Positions 13,001 through 25,781 of a stretch of DNA of 64,000 bases are shown here, piece after piece. Origin of the DNA: Haliotis rubra. Taxonomy: Eukaryota. The translations under genes and the position numbers were made by a program. The stretch covers positions 2,790,001 through 2,854,000 of the forward strand of contig NW_025767146.1 in the NCBI RefSeq assembly GCF_003918875.1, written 5' to 3'. Positions within the stretch are counted from its first letter, which is position 1. The number at the start of each line of letters is the position of its first letter. Below the pieces are notes generated by a model. That model searched no databases and had not been told where the DNA came from. It saw nothing but the letters and a program-made list of their open reading frames with translations.

Positions 13001-16000
13001 TTTTGCTTTGTTAGCATTCTATCACATTTATCATATGAAGCGACAACCATCAGGCAAGGTTTGGTTACTTGGCTGGTTGTGGTTGTGCGATGGTGTGAGA
13101 CTTGGATGGCAGGATCAACTACCGGTTTATCTTTTCTAGCAATAATAATTTATTCCAGTCACCATCATACACCTGTAATATTGATCTTTGAAGCATTATA
13201 CTTCAAACTAAGAAAACTATCTGAATTCAAATATACATTGTCTTCAGGTGCCATATTTCATAGAAGAACTACAAGTGATGGATATTGATATGGGCTCAGA
13301 GATCCCAGCCATCCGACGTGCAGGAAAACCATACCTGGATGAGAAGGGCTTCTGGGTCGACCTTGACATCGCCTACAATGGAGGTTTCAAGATGACAATC
13401 GCAACAAAGGTCAACTTGATGAAACTAAAGAAAACTACACATCAGAACGTCTCACAGCGACCACTTGATAAGAGGTGAGGATTCTTAGACAGGCTGTGTT
13501 TAATCCACACTACACCTACAGGTGTGTGTGTGTGTGTGTGTGTGCAGGTGCGTGCGTGCGTGTGCATGTGCGTGTGCGCGCACAGCCTGTGTGTTTTAGT
13601 CCACACTGAATGTACAGGTGAGAGTGTGTGTGTGTATGTGTTTAGTCTACACTGCATGCAGGTGGCTGTCTGTGTGTGAATGTGTGTACACAGCCTGTGT
13701 GTTAAGTCCACACTACATGTACAGATGAGAGTGTCTGTGTGTGAATGTGTGTACAGAGCCTGTGTGTTTAGTCCACACTACACCTACAGGTGAGAGTGTC
13801 TGTGTGTGAATGTGTACACAGCCTGTGTGTTTAGTCCACACTGCATGTACAGATGAGAGTGTCTGTGTGTGAATGTGTGTACACAGCCTGTGTGTTTAGT
13901 CCACACTGCATGTACAGGTGAGCGTGTCTGTGTGTGAATGTGTACACAGCCTGTGTGTTTTAGTCCACACTGCATGTGCAGGTGAGAGTGTCTGTCTGTG
14001 AATGTGTATACACAGCCTGTGTGTTTAGTCCACACTGCATGTACAGGTGAGCGTGTCTGTGTGTGAATGTGTGTACACAGCCTGTGTGTTAAGTCCACAC
14101 TACATGTACAGATGAGAGTGTCTGTGTGTGAATGTGTGTACACAGCCTGTGTGTTTAGTCCACACTACACCTACAGGTGAGAGTGTCTGTGTGTGAATGT
14201 GTGTACACAGCCTGTGTGTTAAGTCCACACTACATGTACAGATGAGAGTGTCTGTGTGTGAATGTGTGTACACAGCCTGTGTGTTAAGTCCACACTACAT
14301 GTACAGATGAGAGTGTCTGTGTGTGAATGTGTGTACACAGCCTGTGTGTTAAGTCCACACTACATGTACAGGTGAGAGTGTCTGTGTGTGAATGTGTGTA
14401 CACAGCCTGTGTGTTTAGTCCACACTGCATGTACAGGTAGAGTGTCTGTGTGTGAATGTGTGTACACAGCCTGTGTGTTTAGTCCACACTGCATGTACAG
14501 GTAAGAGTGTCTGTGTGTGAATGTGTGTGCACAGCCTGTGTGTTTAGTCCACACTGCATGTACAGGTAAGAGTGTCTATGTGTGAATGTGTGTACACAGC
14601 CTGTGTGTTAAGTCCACACTGCATGTACAGGTAAGAGTGTCTGTGTGTGAATGTGTGTACCCAACCTGTGTGTTTAGTTGACACTACATGTACAGGTAAG
14701 AGCGTCTGTGTGTGAATGTGTGTACACAGCCTGTGTGTTTAGTTGACACTACATGTACAGGTGAGAGTGTCTGTGTGTGAATGTGTGTACACAGCCTGTG
14801 TGTTTAGTTGACACTACATGTACAGGTGAGAGTGTCTGTGTGTGAATGTGTGTACCCAACCTGTGTGTTTAGTTGACACTACATGTACAGGTAAGAGTGT
14901 CTGTGTGTGAATGTGTGTACACAGCCTGTGTGTTTAGTCCACACTGCATGTACAGGTGAGAGTGTCTGTGTGTGAATGTGTGTACACAGCCTGTGTGTTA
15001 AGTCCACACTACATGTACAGATGAGAGTGTCTGTGTGTGAATGTGTGTACACAGCCTGTGTGTTTAGTTGACACTGCATGTACAGGTGAGAGTGTCTGTG
15101 TGTGAATGTGTGTACACAGCCTGTGTGTTTAGTTGACACTACATGTACAGGTGAGAGTGTCTGTGTGTGAATGTGTGTACACAGCCTGTGTGTTTAGTCC
15201 ACACTGCATGTACAGGTGAGAGTGTCTGTGTGTGAATGTGTGTACACAGCCTGTGTGTTTAGTTGACACTAAATGTACAGGTGAGAGTGTCTGTGTGTAA
15301 ATACGTGTACACAGCCTGTGTGTTTAGTTGACACTACATGTACAGATGAGCGTGTCTGTGTGTGAATGTGTGTACACAGCCTGTGTGTTTAGTTGACACT
15401 ACATGTACAGGTAAGAGTGTCTGTGTGTGAATGTGTGTACACAGCCTGTGTGTTTAGTTGACACTACATGTACAGGTGAGAGTGTCTGTGTGTGAATGTG
15501 TGTACACAGCCTGTGTGTTAAGTCCACACTGCATGTACAGGTAAGAGTGTCTGTGTGTGAATGTGTACACAGCCTGTGTGTTAAGTCCACACTACATGTA
15601 CAGATGAGAGTGTCTGTGTGTGAATGTGTGTACACAGCCTGTGTGTTTAGTCCACACTACACCTACAGGTGAGAGTGTCTGTGTGTGAATGTGTGTACAC
15701 AGCCTGTGTGTTAAGTCCACACTACATGTACAGATGAGAGTGTCTGTGTGTGAATGTGTGTACACAGCCTGTGTGTTAAGTCCACACTACATGTACAAAT
15801 GAGAGTGTCTGTGTGTGAATGTGTGTACACAGCCTGTGTGTTAAGTCCACACTACATGTACAGGTGAGAGTGTCTGTGTGTGAATGTGTGTACACAGCCT
15901 GTGTGTTTAGTCCACACTGCATGTACAGGTAGGAGTGTCTGTGTGTGAATGTGTGTACACAGCCTGTGTGTTTAGTCCACACTGCATGTACAGGTAAGAG

Positions 16001-19000
16001 TGTCCGTGTGTGAATGTGTGTACCCAACCTGTGTGTTTAGTTGACACTACATGTACAGGTAAGAGTGTCTATGTGTGAATGTGTGTACACAGCCTGTGTG
16101 TTAAGTCCACACTGCATGTACAGGTAAGAGTGTCCGTGTGTGAATGTGTGTACCCAACCTGTGTGTTTAGTTGACACTACATGTACAGGTAAGAGTGTCT
16201 GTGTGTGAATGTGTGTACACAGCCTGTGTGTTTAGTTGACACTACATGTACAGGTGAGAGTGTCTGTGTGTGAATGTGTGTACACAGCCTGTGTGTTTAG
16301 TCCACACTGCATGTACAGGTGAGAGTGTCTGTGTGTGAATGTGTGTACACAGCCTGTGTGTTTAGTTGACACTAAATGTACAGGTGAGAGTGTCTGTGTG
16401 TAAATGCGTGTACACAGCCTGTGTGTTTAGTTGACACTACATGTACAGATGAGCGTGTCTGTGTGTGAATGTGTGTACACAGCCTGTGTGTTTAGTTGAC
16501 ACTACTGTGTAAGAGTGTCTGTGTGTGAATGTGTGTACACAGCCTGTGTGTTTAGTTGACACTACATGTACAGGTAAGAGTGTCTGTGTGTGAAGTGTGA
16601 CACAGCCTGTGTACAGGTGAGGTGAGAGTGTCTGTGTGTGAATGTGTGTACACAGCCTGTGTGTTAAGTCCACACTGCATGTACAGGTAAGAGTGTCTGT
16701 GTGTGAATGTGTGTACACAGCCTGTGTGTTTAGTCCACACTGCATGTACAGGTAAGAGTGTCTGTGTGTGAATGTGTACACAGCCTGTGTGTTTAGTTGA
16801 CACTACATGTACAGGTGAGAGTGTATGTGTGTGAATGTGTGTACACAGCCTGTGTGTTTAGTTGACACATGTACAGGTAAGAGTGTCTGTGTGTGAATGT
16901 GTGTACCCAACCTGTGTGTTTAGTTGACACTACATGTACAGGAAAGATTGTCTGTGTGTAAATGTGTGTACACAGCCTGTGTGTTTAGTCCACACTGCAT
17001 GTAAAGGTGAGCGTGTCTGTGTGTGAATGTGTGTACACAGCCTGTGTGTTTAGTTGACACTGCATGTACAGGTGAGAGTGTCTGTGTGTGAATGTGTGTA
17101 CACAACCTGTGTGTTTAGTTGACACTACATGTACAGGTAAGAGTGTCTGTGTGTGAATGTGTGTACACAGCCTGTGTGTTTAGTCCACACTGCATGTACA
17201 GATGAGAGTGTCTGTGTGTGAATGTGTGTACACAGCCTGTGTGTTTAGTTGACACTACATGTACAGGTAAGAGTGTCTGTGTGTGAATGTGTGTACACAG
17301 CCTGTGTTTAGTTGACACTACATGTACAGGTGAGCGTGTCTGTGTGAATGTGTGTACACAACCTGTGTGTTTAGTTGACACTACATGTACAGGTAAGAGT
17401 GTATGTGTGTGAATGTGTGTACACAACCTGTGTGTTTAGTTGACACTGCATGTACAGGTAAGAGTGTCTGTGTGTGAATGTGTGTACACAGCCTGTGTGT
17501 TTAGTTGACACTACATGTACAGGTGAGCGTGATTGTGTGTACACATTGAAGGGTCCTTTCACTGGGAAAAGATGAAAGCAAGCAAATATGGATGGGAGAC
17601 TTGGAAGTTTGGATCACATGCAAGTCATTCTGACTACTGTATGAGTGATTAGTTCTGTAATTTAAACTACCAGTATGAAGGAAGTCCCTGAATCTTCAGG
17701 AATCTGCTGGTCTCTGGGTGTCTTTAGCATTAGTTAGGGAACGCAAAAAATTTCCCTTAGAAAACGTAAACCACAACTCACTCACTCTTAATGGAAATGT
17801 TGGCAGGTCACCCATAACAGACTCTGATGAGGAGGACAGCGCGGAGTCCTCCACAGACGAAGAGGAGGAAACCCCAACCACTGATGAAAGGTTAGTAGTG
17901 TAGCAGTAGTAGAGCTGTTACTGTCAACAGCATGTGTTATGTTGATATGTGGAGCTGTTACTGTCAACAGACTTCATTATGTTGATGTGTGGAGCTGTTA
18001 TTGTCGACAGACTTCATTATGTTGATGTGTGGAGCTGTTATTGTCGACAGACTTCATTATGTTGATGTGTGGAGCTGTTTCTGTTGACAGATGTCATTAT
18101 GTTGATGTTGTGGATGTGTGGAGCTGTTACTGTCCACAGACTTCATTATGTTGATGTGTGGAGCTGTTACTGTCAACAGACTTTTTTATGTCGATGTTGT
18201 GAATAGTTGGATCAATGGATGCTAACACTGACACCATCCCTTGTTTCAGTGCAGCATCAGGTGGCACCACCAGCAAGAAGTTCCTGCGATATCTGGACAA
18301 GATCACTCAGAGTAAATATTTCCAGCAGGCCACTGAGTATAAATATATCAAGCGGGCCATGGAGGGGGTGTCCAACACTCCTCTCATCCTCACAGTGGAA
18401 GTCAAGACCCTGGTTGGAACCATGGCCCTCAACATTCCGCCCCCACCTACAGACAGATTCTGGTACGAACACAACACATTTTATCAATTTTTATTGCTTG
18501 AAATTTAGCAAAGGGTCATTACCTGTATGCTAAAGGTTAAACAGTGAGGATGTCCCTGGAATCAAACACAGAAGGATTATCGTGCAGTCACCCTTGTAGG
18601 CACACAAGGGTCTGAGACTGATACCACTCGCCAGAAACTGCCAGATGTGTCTATATGACTGAGAACCTGTCTATTTATTTCAACACTTGGATGTTATAGA
18701 TTTGCAGTGACACTCTTGTAATCATTTCATATGGTATTGTTAAGGATTATTGTGTTGAGTTCTAATTTATGAGGTTTTGAGGAAGTGTTTTTTGTTGTAT
18801 TAAATATATTGAAAATAATTATACCCATGCTTTATAAATACAGTGCAACCGTATAGTGAAACATTCATCTTGTTAGTTGCAGTTACAAACATTTATTCAT
18901 GCATCACCACTCATGTTTAAGGTATGGTTTCCGTGGCAACCCTAGATTATGGCTGTCAGCTAAGCCGAAAGTTGGTGAGCGTGAGGTAACATTCAACTAT

Positions 19001-21245
19001 ATCACAGAATGGATAGAGAAGAAGCTGTCGGTTGAGTTTCAGGTGAGACAATTGTAGTGGGATACTTACTTGCTGGTTGATGTATGGAAGCTCTCCTTCT
19101 AGGAAAAATGGGGTGGTGGAATAGCCTAATGGATAAAGCGTTTGCTTCCCCACATGGGTACTGCGTTCGAATTAATTGCTGGCCCAGAGGCTCTGCGCCC
19201 GGTTGTTATTGTATCGGGCCGGCAGTTTCAGATATTTGCAGGCTCTTGTGGCCTTCAGTAAATTATCTGTCCATTATTTTTTTTCAACTGGAATCTTTCC
19301 CATAATTTGTTTTCTTTATTAACATTCGGGAATGATCCATGATCCATCATGTTACGAATACCAGACAGTTTCACGTTCAGGTATTTCAGCACTTTGTGCA
19401 TAGGAATGTCAACACCAGTCTTTAACAAATATAACCTTCTCTCTGCACCATAGGCTTCGCTAACTGATTTTGTAGAAACTGTGTGAAACTGTGTACAGTG
19501 TAGTCTATTTTGTTTTTATTGGTTTGATTTCAACAAAATAGGCCTGCAGATTTCATTCAGGGCCTGCAGATTTTAAAGCCCTCACTCACTCTGGGAAAAA
19601 TACTTTGATTCAGAAAGAAGGGTGTATTGATTGTTAAATATAAAGAACCACAGGGTCTACTAGTTACAATATGAAACTGATTGGGAAACTAACACTCCTT
19701 AGTGACTTGTCATGGATCCACGAAAATATTAAATTATTGAGACAGAAACTAGAGATCTACTGAGATTGGCTTCAGTGTGTGTGGTTAGCTACTCCGTGGT
19801 GATCACCTACGGTCAATTTCGTTTCAGATTGTAATTTATTGATTACTTTCCTGTGCTTAAGTCATATTAATACAGAAATGTGAGTTAGAAATGTTTTGAA
19901 ACAACTATGGTATTTGACAAGTTTGAGCGCAGCAATCTGTTTCCTGCACCATTTTAGGAATGAACCAATGCATGATGTCTATTCTCATAGTGAATTCGTG
20001 GTGAATTCATACATAACACAACAGTCACGTGTGATGGTATTCAGATTACTGCTAACTACTTATACCTAATTTGACCCTCCACATAATATGCAAACTAAAT
20101 AAGATCAAAAATCACTATTAAGCACCCTAAAAACATACCACAGATATAGATAAATTTGTTTTGGACACACCCATGAAGATTTGGGTTAGAATTGGTCTTC
20201 AGCAGTGTGCGGGGGCGGTAGGGTAGCCTGGTGGTTAAAGCGTTGGCTCGTCACGCCGAAGGCCCGGATTCGAATCCCCACATGGGCACAATGTGTGAAG
20301 CCCATTTCTGGTGTCCCCCGCCGTGATGTTGCTGGAATATTGCTAAAAGCGGCGTAAAGCCATACTCACTCACTCACTCACTCAGCAGTGTGCGAAATAG
20401 TTTCCAAATTTTGCTAACCAGACCGGCTAGCCATGCCTGAAAGTTACTAGCCCACAAAATTATTCCCTGGCCACGGGTTTCATCATTAAGCTGCTAAATA
20501 TGATGAATTTTTGATCAGACCATAATCTTGCATGATTTAAAAGTGTATTATATTTATTACTTAACACGCAGGAGAGAGTGATATAGATGTATTTACAAAA
20601 TGACCCATGAAAATTCACTAGCCATTTGGGCCATTGACTGTGGAGATTTACTGGCCCGACTGGATTTTTACTAGCCCGTGGCTATTTCGAACACTGGTCT
20701 TCAGCAACCCATGCTTGTGATAAGAGTCAACTAACTGGATCAGGGTTGTCAGGCTCGCTGACTTGTTTGGCACATGTCATCGTATCCCAATTGCATAGAT
20801 TGATGCACATGCTGTTCATCACTGGATTGTCTGGTCCAAACTTGATTATAGTTGGAATATTGCTGAGTGCGGCGTTAAACAACAAACAAACAAATGTTTT
20901 GACACAGTGCATAAAATAAATGTTATGTGACAGACTTTTGTGTGGTATTCTCTATGCCCTGTGTTCTCCATTTCTACTGATTTTAGAGTGAAAACAATAT
21001 GGTTGTACATCGTTGTCATATTTTGTCATGCATCTACTGAAGAGAAGTTGAGAAGTTCCTAATGCTGAAATTTGTTTGGATTGATACATGTACACCAGTC
21101 TAAAACTAAGAGGAGGAATTGTATTTGTTTCAGCGTGTGTTTGTTATGCCCAACATGGATGACCTGGTTATCCCAATCCTTCTCCCCCGGCATCCTCCCT
21201 GAAGCCATTCCTGTTGCCACGCCGTCCGCCACCACCTCGGTCTGA
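8836..21245 (+). CDS. TEX2: Testis-expressed protein 2 (TM + PH-like + SMP domain ER contact-site lipid transfer protein), proximal-last-exon isoform
   Basis: Exons with GT-AG borders and consistent phases: 8836-10075, 11812-12712, 13248-13474, 17807-17890, 18250-18462, 18922-19042, 21134-21202 (21245 if one C is removed). Recognised motifs: KGWMNE, KRIWSKKYPIC, LFARTGREKEDW, WVNAMVGRIFWDFL, PPPPTDRFWYGFR, FVMPNMDD. Frameshifts at ~9887, ~12273 and probably ~21186. Confidence 0.93.
10268..11404. repeat. 22-bp minisatellite (cagctcttcacatatacacatt)n, ~50 copies, TEX2 intron
   Basis: Direct periodicity with degenerate edges. Confidence 0.95.
11812..12712 (+). CDS. TEX2: TEX2 PH-like domain / start of SMP domain exon
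   Basis: GWMNELLEY...KYPICV...KEDWYKRF, frame change near 12273, then ...KLQRKLSKIH|gtaagt. Confidence 0.92.
12701..12993. repeat. 47-bp tandem repeat, ~6 copies, spanning a TEX2 exon/intron junction
   Basis: Units start at 12701, 12748, 12795, 12842, 12889, 12936 and 12983 (partial). Confidence 0.95.
13488..17545. repeat. 65-bp GT-rich satellite, ~60 copies, TEX2 intron
   Basis: Unit tacatgtacaggtgagagtgtctgtgtgtgaatgtgtgtacacagcctgtgtgtttagtccacac. Confidence 0.97.
17911..18200. repeat. 40-bp tandem repeat, ~7 copies, TEX2 intron
   Basis: Unit ggagctgttactgtcaacagacttcattatgttgatgtgt. Confidence 0.93.
20203..20696. mobile_element. hAT-type MITE
   Basis: TIR cagtgt(g/t)cgaaatag / ctatttcgaacactg. 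8-bp TSD gtcttcag at 20195-20202 and 20697-20704. Confidence 0.85.
20212..20381 (+). mobile_element. tRNA-derived SINE family A
   Basis: A box tagcctggtgg, B box gattcgaatcc, (ACTC)n tail, 13-bp TSD tcagcagtgtgcg. Confidence 0.92.
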
Positions 21246-21249
21246 CACT

Positions 21250-21500
21250 GACAACAAAGCACTCTGCAACAGGGCACCCAGATCTTCATACAGACAACAA
21301 AGCACTCAGCAGCAGGGCACTCTGATGTGCCCACAGCATACAAAGCACTCTACAGCAGGGTACTCTGATGTGCCTACAGCATACAAAGCACTCTACAGCA
21401 GGGTACTCTGATGTGCCCACAGCAGACAAAACACTGAAACGGGGCATCCAGATCCTGCCCACAGCCAACAAAGCACTCGGGTACCCTGTTCTTCCCAAAG
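21250..21500. repeat. 43-bp tandem repeat, ~6 copies, just after the proximal TEX2 stop
   Basis: Unit caaagcactctacagcagggtactctgatgtgcctacagcata. Confidence 0.85.
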
Positions 21501-21889
21501 CAAACACCGTAAATTGTAGCCAAAATAGCAATCAGTTCATCACCCAGTGAGTTGCACCCAATTACATCAGAGCCAAGCTGCAGGATAGCCTGTCTTTGCT
21601 GCACTGCTTGACACACAGCTCTCCTATAGATGCCAGAATAGCCTGCTCTGCACTTGAACCTTTCCCCTGAGACTGCACCTTTCTATGTGCAAATGTGTAC
21701 TGATACAAAGCTGTCCAGCATTATCAGATATTGTCCCTGACATGATGCATAGCAAGCCTCTTCAGTGCTCCACAAAGGAACCAGTCATCAGAACCATCTC
21801 CTGTCACGTTCCCACCTGCATAATTAGTCCTTGTTTATAATGCCTTGTACTATTAATGTATCTTAGCTTCAGTTGTGATAGTGATACCT

Positions 21890-23702
21890 ATCGCGGTAGT
21901 AGATTCTTGCATGCTACAGTGATGTTTCTGTGACAATCAGACTGTATGTGTATGTGACAGTAACAAGACTTGCTACAGTGATGTTTGTGTGACGGTCAGA
22001 CTGTATGATGCTGTAGATGATAGTAACATGACACACTACAGTGATGTTTGTGTGACGGTCAGACTGTATGATGCTGTAGACGAGAGTAACACGACACGCT
22101 ACAGTGATGTTTGTGTGACGGTCAGTCTGTATGATGCTGTAGACGAGAGTAACATGACACGCTACAGTGAGATGTTTGAGTGACGGTCAGACTGTATGAT
22201 GCTGTAGATGATAGTAACATGACACGCTACAGTGAGATGTTTGTGTGACGGTCAGACTGTATGATGCCGTAGACGATAGTAACAAGGCAGGCTACAGTGA
22301 TGTTTGTGTGACAGTCAGACTGTATGATGCTGTAGACGATAGTAACACGACACGCTACAGTGATGTTTGTGTGACGGTCAGACTGTATGATGCTGTAGAC
22401 GATAGTAACAAGGCACGCTACAGTGATGTTTGTGTGGTCAGTCAGACTGTAACCGATGCTGTAGACGATGTGTAACACGACATGATGCTGTACAGTAACC
22501 GACCGTGATGTTTGTGTGACGGTCAGACTGTATGATGCTGTAGATGATAGTAACACGACACGCTACAGTGATGTTTGTGTGACGGTCAGACTGTATGATG
22601 CTGTAGATGATAGCTACAGTGATGTTTGTGTGACAGTCAGACTGTATGATGCTGTAGACGATAGTAACAAGGCACGCTACGGTGATGTTTGTGTGACGGT
22701 CAGACTGTATGATGCTGTAGACAATAGTAACAAAGCACGCTACAGTGATGTTTGTGTGACAGTCAGACTGTATGATGCTGTAGACGATAGTAACAAAGCA
22801 CGCTACAGTGATGTTTGTGTGACGGTCAGACTGTATGATGCTGTAGACAATAGTAACACGGCATGCTACAGTGAGATGTTTGAGTGACGGTCAGACTGTA
22901 TGATGCTGTAGACAATAGTAACAAGGCACGCTACAGTGATGTTTGTGTGACGGTCAGACTGTATGATGCTGTAGACGATAGTAACACGACACGCTACAGT
23001 GAGATGTTTGTGTAGTGACTCAGACTGTATGATGCTGTAGATGATAGTAACAATGTTTGTGTGGACGGTCAGACTGTATGATGCTGTAGGCGAGTAACAC
23101 GACCGCGATGATGTTTGTGTGACGGTCAGACTGTATGATGCTGTAGATGATAGTAACATGACACGCTACAGTGATGTTTGTGTGACGGTCAGACTGTATG
23201 ATGCTGTAGACGATAGTAACACGACACGCTACAGTGATGTTTGTGTGACGGTCAGACTGTATGATGCTGTAGACGATAGTAAGAAAGCACGCTACAGTGA
23301 TGTTTGTGTGACGATCGGTCTGTATGATGCTGTAGACGAGAGTAACACGACACGCTACAGTGATGTTTGTGTGACGGTCAGACTGTATGATGCTGTAGAT
23401 GATAGTAACATGACACGCTTCAGTGATGTTTGTGTGACGGTCAGACTGTATGATGCTGTAGACGATAGTAACAAAGCACGCTACAGTGATGTTTGTGTGA
23501 CGGTCAGACTGTATGATGCTGTAGACGAGAGTAACAAAGCATGCTACAGTGATGTTTGTGTGACGATCGGTCTGTATGATGCTGTAGACGAGAGTAACAC
23601 GACACGCTACAGTGATGTTTGTGTGACGGTCAGACTGTATGATGCTGTAGACGAGAGTAACATGACACGCTACAGTGAGATGTTTGTGTGACGATCAGTC
23701 TG
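21890..23702. repeat. 63-bp minisatellite, ~28 copies
   Basis: Unit gctacagtgatgtttgtgtgacggtcagactgtatgatgctgtagacgatagtaacacgacac. Confidence 0.96.
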
Positions 23703-23775
23703 GATCGTACTCTTGAAAATGGGAGCAGTGTATGCCCCGCCTAAGTCTACTGAAACATGAGGTAGTTTGTTCATA

Positions 23776-23881
23776 TACTGAGGGGAAAAAATAAGCGATA
23801 CAAAGCTTGTGAAGAAACCTTGGAAAAATATAAAGGAACACTTGTGCTTTCATGTGATCCCTTATTTTTTTTCCCTCAGTA
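23776..23881. mobile_element. ~106-bp Tc1/mariner-like MITE
   Basis: TIR tactgaggggaaaaaataagcgat / atcccttattttttttccctcagta. Confidence 0.65.
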
Positions 23882-25615
23882 CATGTGTACTAGTGTAGCA
23901 GGGAAGGTGTACTGGTGTAGCAGGGAAGGTGTACTGGTGTACAGAAAAGACAGACACTGGAATTGCTGAGTACTCTACTTGCAGGGATATTGTCAGTTGT
24001 TGCAGATTATTTATTTTCGCAATTATTTATTGACATGTTGCATATGTTTTTGTATTATATAACGTGTATATTTTAGCAGTCTAATGTGCCAAGGAAGGTA
24101 CGCTTTTGTTGAATGCAGAATAGCATGTATGATGCTGTACTTCATTAAACTTCTTTGAGTCGCGTTTTAGAAGATGGGAAGTGCAGGAATGACAAATTTT
24201 ATGGATAACAACTTCTTTTATTTCATGAGTGCAACATTTCGATATAGATTGTCATTATTTTACTTCATTATACCTTGAAAAGTGTTTTAACTGATGAAAT
24301 AATTGAATGGATGTTTTAAGTTATGATGAGAATGATGTTTTGCAGTTGTAAACATTTGGGCTATGTAGCTAGTCTGACTACTGGTGTGTTGGTCCGGACA
24401 TGAGAGCCTTATGGTAACTGTACTCACACAGGGCAGTGGGCCAGTGTGTAGCCAACACTGGAACAATCTGTTCTTCAGATAGGTCAATGCTTGTCTTGTT
24501 GAAACACAAGAAACGTTGGCATCTAACATTTTGAACTGAACAGCTGTCACAGTAGCTTTCAATGAAATACAAGTTCCTGATCACAGATTTACACAATCAT
24601 ATTTTGCCAAACATTTTATTTTTGTAATATTACATGAAATATGGTATTTTATGATGTTTGTAAAATAGTTTTAATTGAAATTTTTTAGTACAATTCTATG
24701 GTTCTACCTGTCATTACTGACATAAGATAAGGTGGCTTTGGTTCTGTGAATCTTGAATGTAACTGTTGTCCAGAAAGTGTGTCCCAGGAGTCCTTAGAAG
24801 CATGGCTGTGGGCTGGAGGACACTGGGGACCACCACAGAATGACAGCTGTTGTCTGAGACTGTCCATGAAGCACTGACACACCACCAGCTGAATGCTGTA
24901 GGCAGGACGCTGTAAATTAAGGCTGTCAGTAAGGTGTAGAACACCATTAACTCACCAACTGATCTTGTATCGGAAATACAATCAAAATATGGTATTTTAT
25001 ATATATGTTAGCTATGTCCTTCCCATGCTGCTCTAAAATAGAAAGAAACACGGCATCTTGTGGCAAGTGAGCATTGTGTCCAGGCAATGGGAATCTGAAG
25101 TGTTGTCATCTCTCAACGTCATGCACTGTTAATTTTGCACCAGCAGTCTTGTAGTGTTATACATCTGTTATATATAGTAATACAGAGGAGATGTGGTGGT
25201 ATTTTTATATGACTGTCATTAGAGTGTCACTCAGAATAACATCATGGTTTAACACTGTCCTGCATACAGGAGTGAACTTCATGTGATTTATACCCTTTAT
25301 TTGGCTCTGTCGTAAAGCTTTGCACCTGGATGTATGCAGAGAAAATTGATTATAGGAAGCGTTGTACATGTGGCAGACGTTCCACTGCAAAAAGCAGTTG
25401 GCAACAAGTATAAACTGTATTTTGTATGGACTGAAATGCATGATGGATTCTTTAGTATTTGAAGCCTTTGCCTCATTCAACTCAGATCCTTTGATCCGAT
25501 ATGATACCTCTCTGTATAGATCTGACACCCCTCTAGAAAGTGACATCAGGTGACCTTGAGGTAGTCCACTTAGGGAATCCATTTAAGGTTGATGCTTCAG
25601 TTTCAGAAAGTTTCA

Positions 25616-25781
25616 GGGGCGGTGGGGTAGCCTAATGGTTAAAGCGTTGGCTCGTCACGCCGAAGACCCGGGTTCGAATCCCCACATGGGTACAATGTGT
25701 GAAGCCCATTTCTGGTGTCCCCCGCCGTGATGTTGCTGGAATATTGCTAAAAGCGGCGTAAAACCAAACTCAGTCAGTCAG
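25616..25781 (+). mobile_element. tRNA-derived SINE family A
   Basis: Near-identical to the 20212 copy. TSD tcagaaagtttcag. Confidence 0.92.

Larger units (their letters stand above)
20169..20894 (+). mobile_element. SINE-like family B (no tRNA head), interrupted by a MITE
   Basis: Matches the intact copy at 43038-43275. (CAAA)n tail, imperfect TSD tgtttt(g)gacac. Confidence 0.85.

Noticed and set aside
20212-20285. tRNA-Asp-like gene (GTC loop) here and at 25616, 35520, 52720 and 54666
   Set aside because: These are SINE heads, each followed by a common body, a microsatellite tail and a TSD.
10194-23691. His/Thr-rich ORFs in the 22- and 65-bp arrays and TVRLYDAVDD ORFs in the 63-bp array
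   Set aside because: Translations of minisatellites inside TEX2 introns or 3' region, with no splice or frame support.
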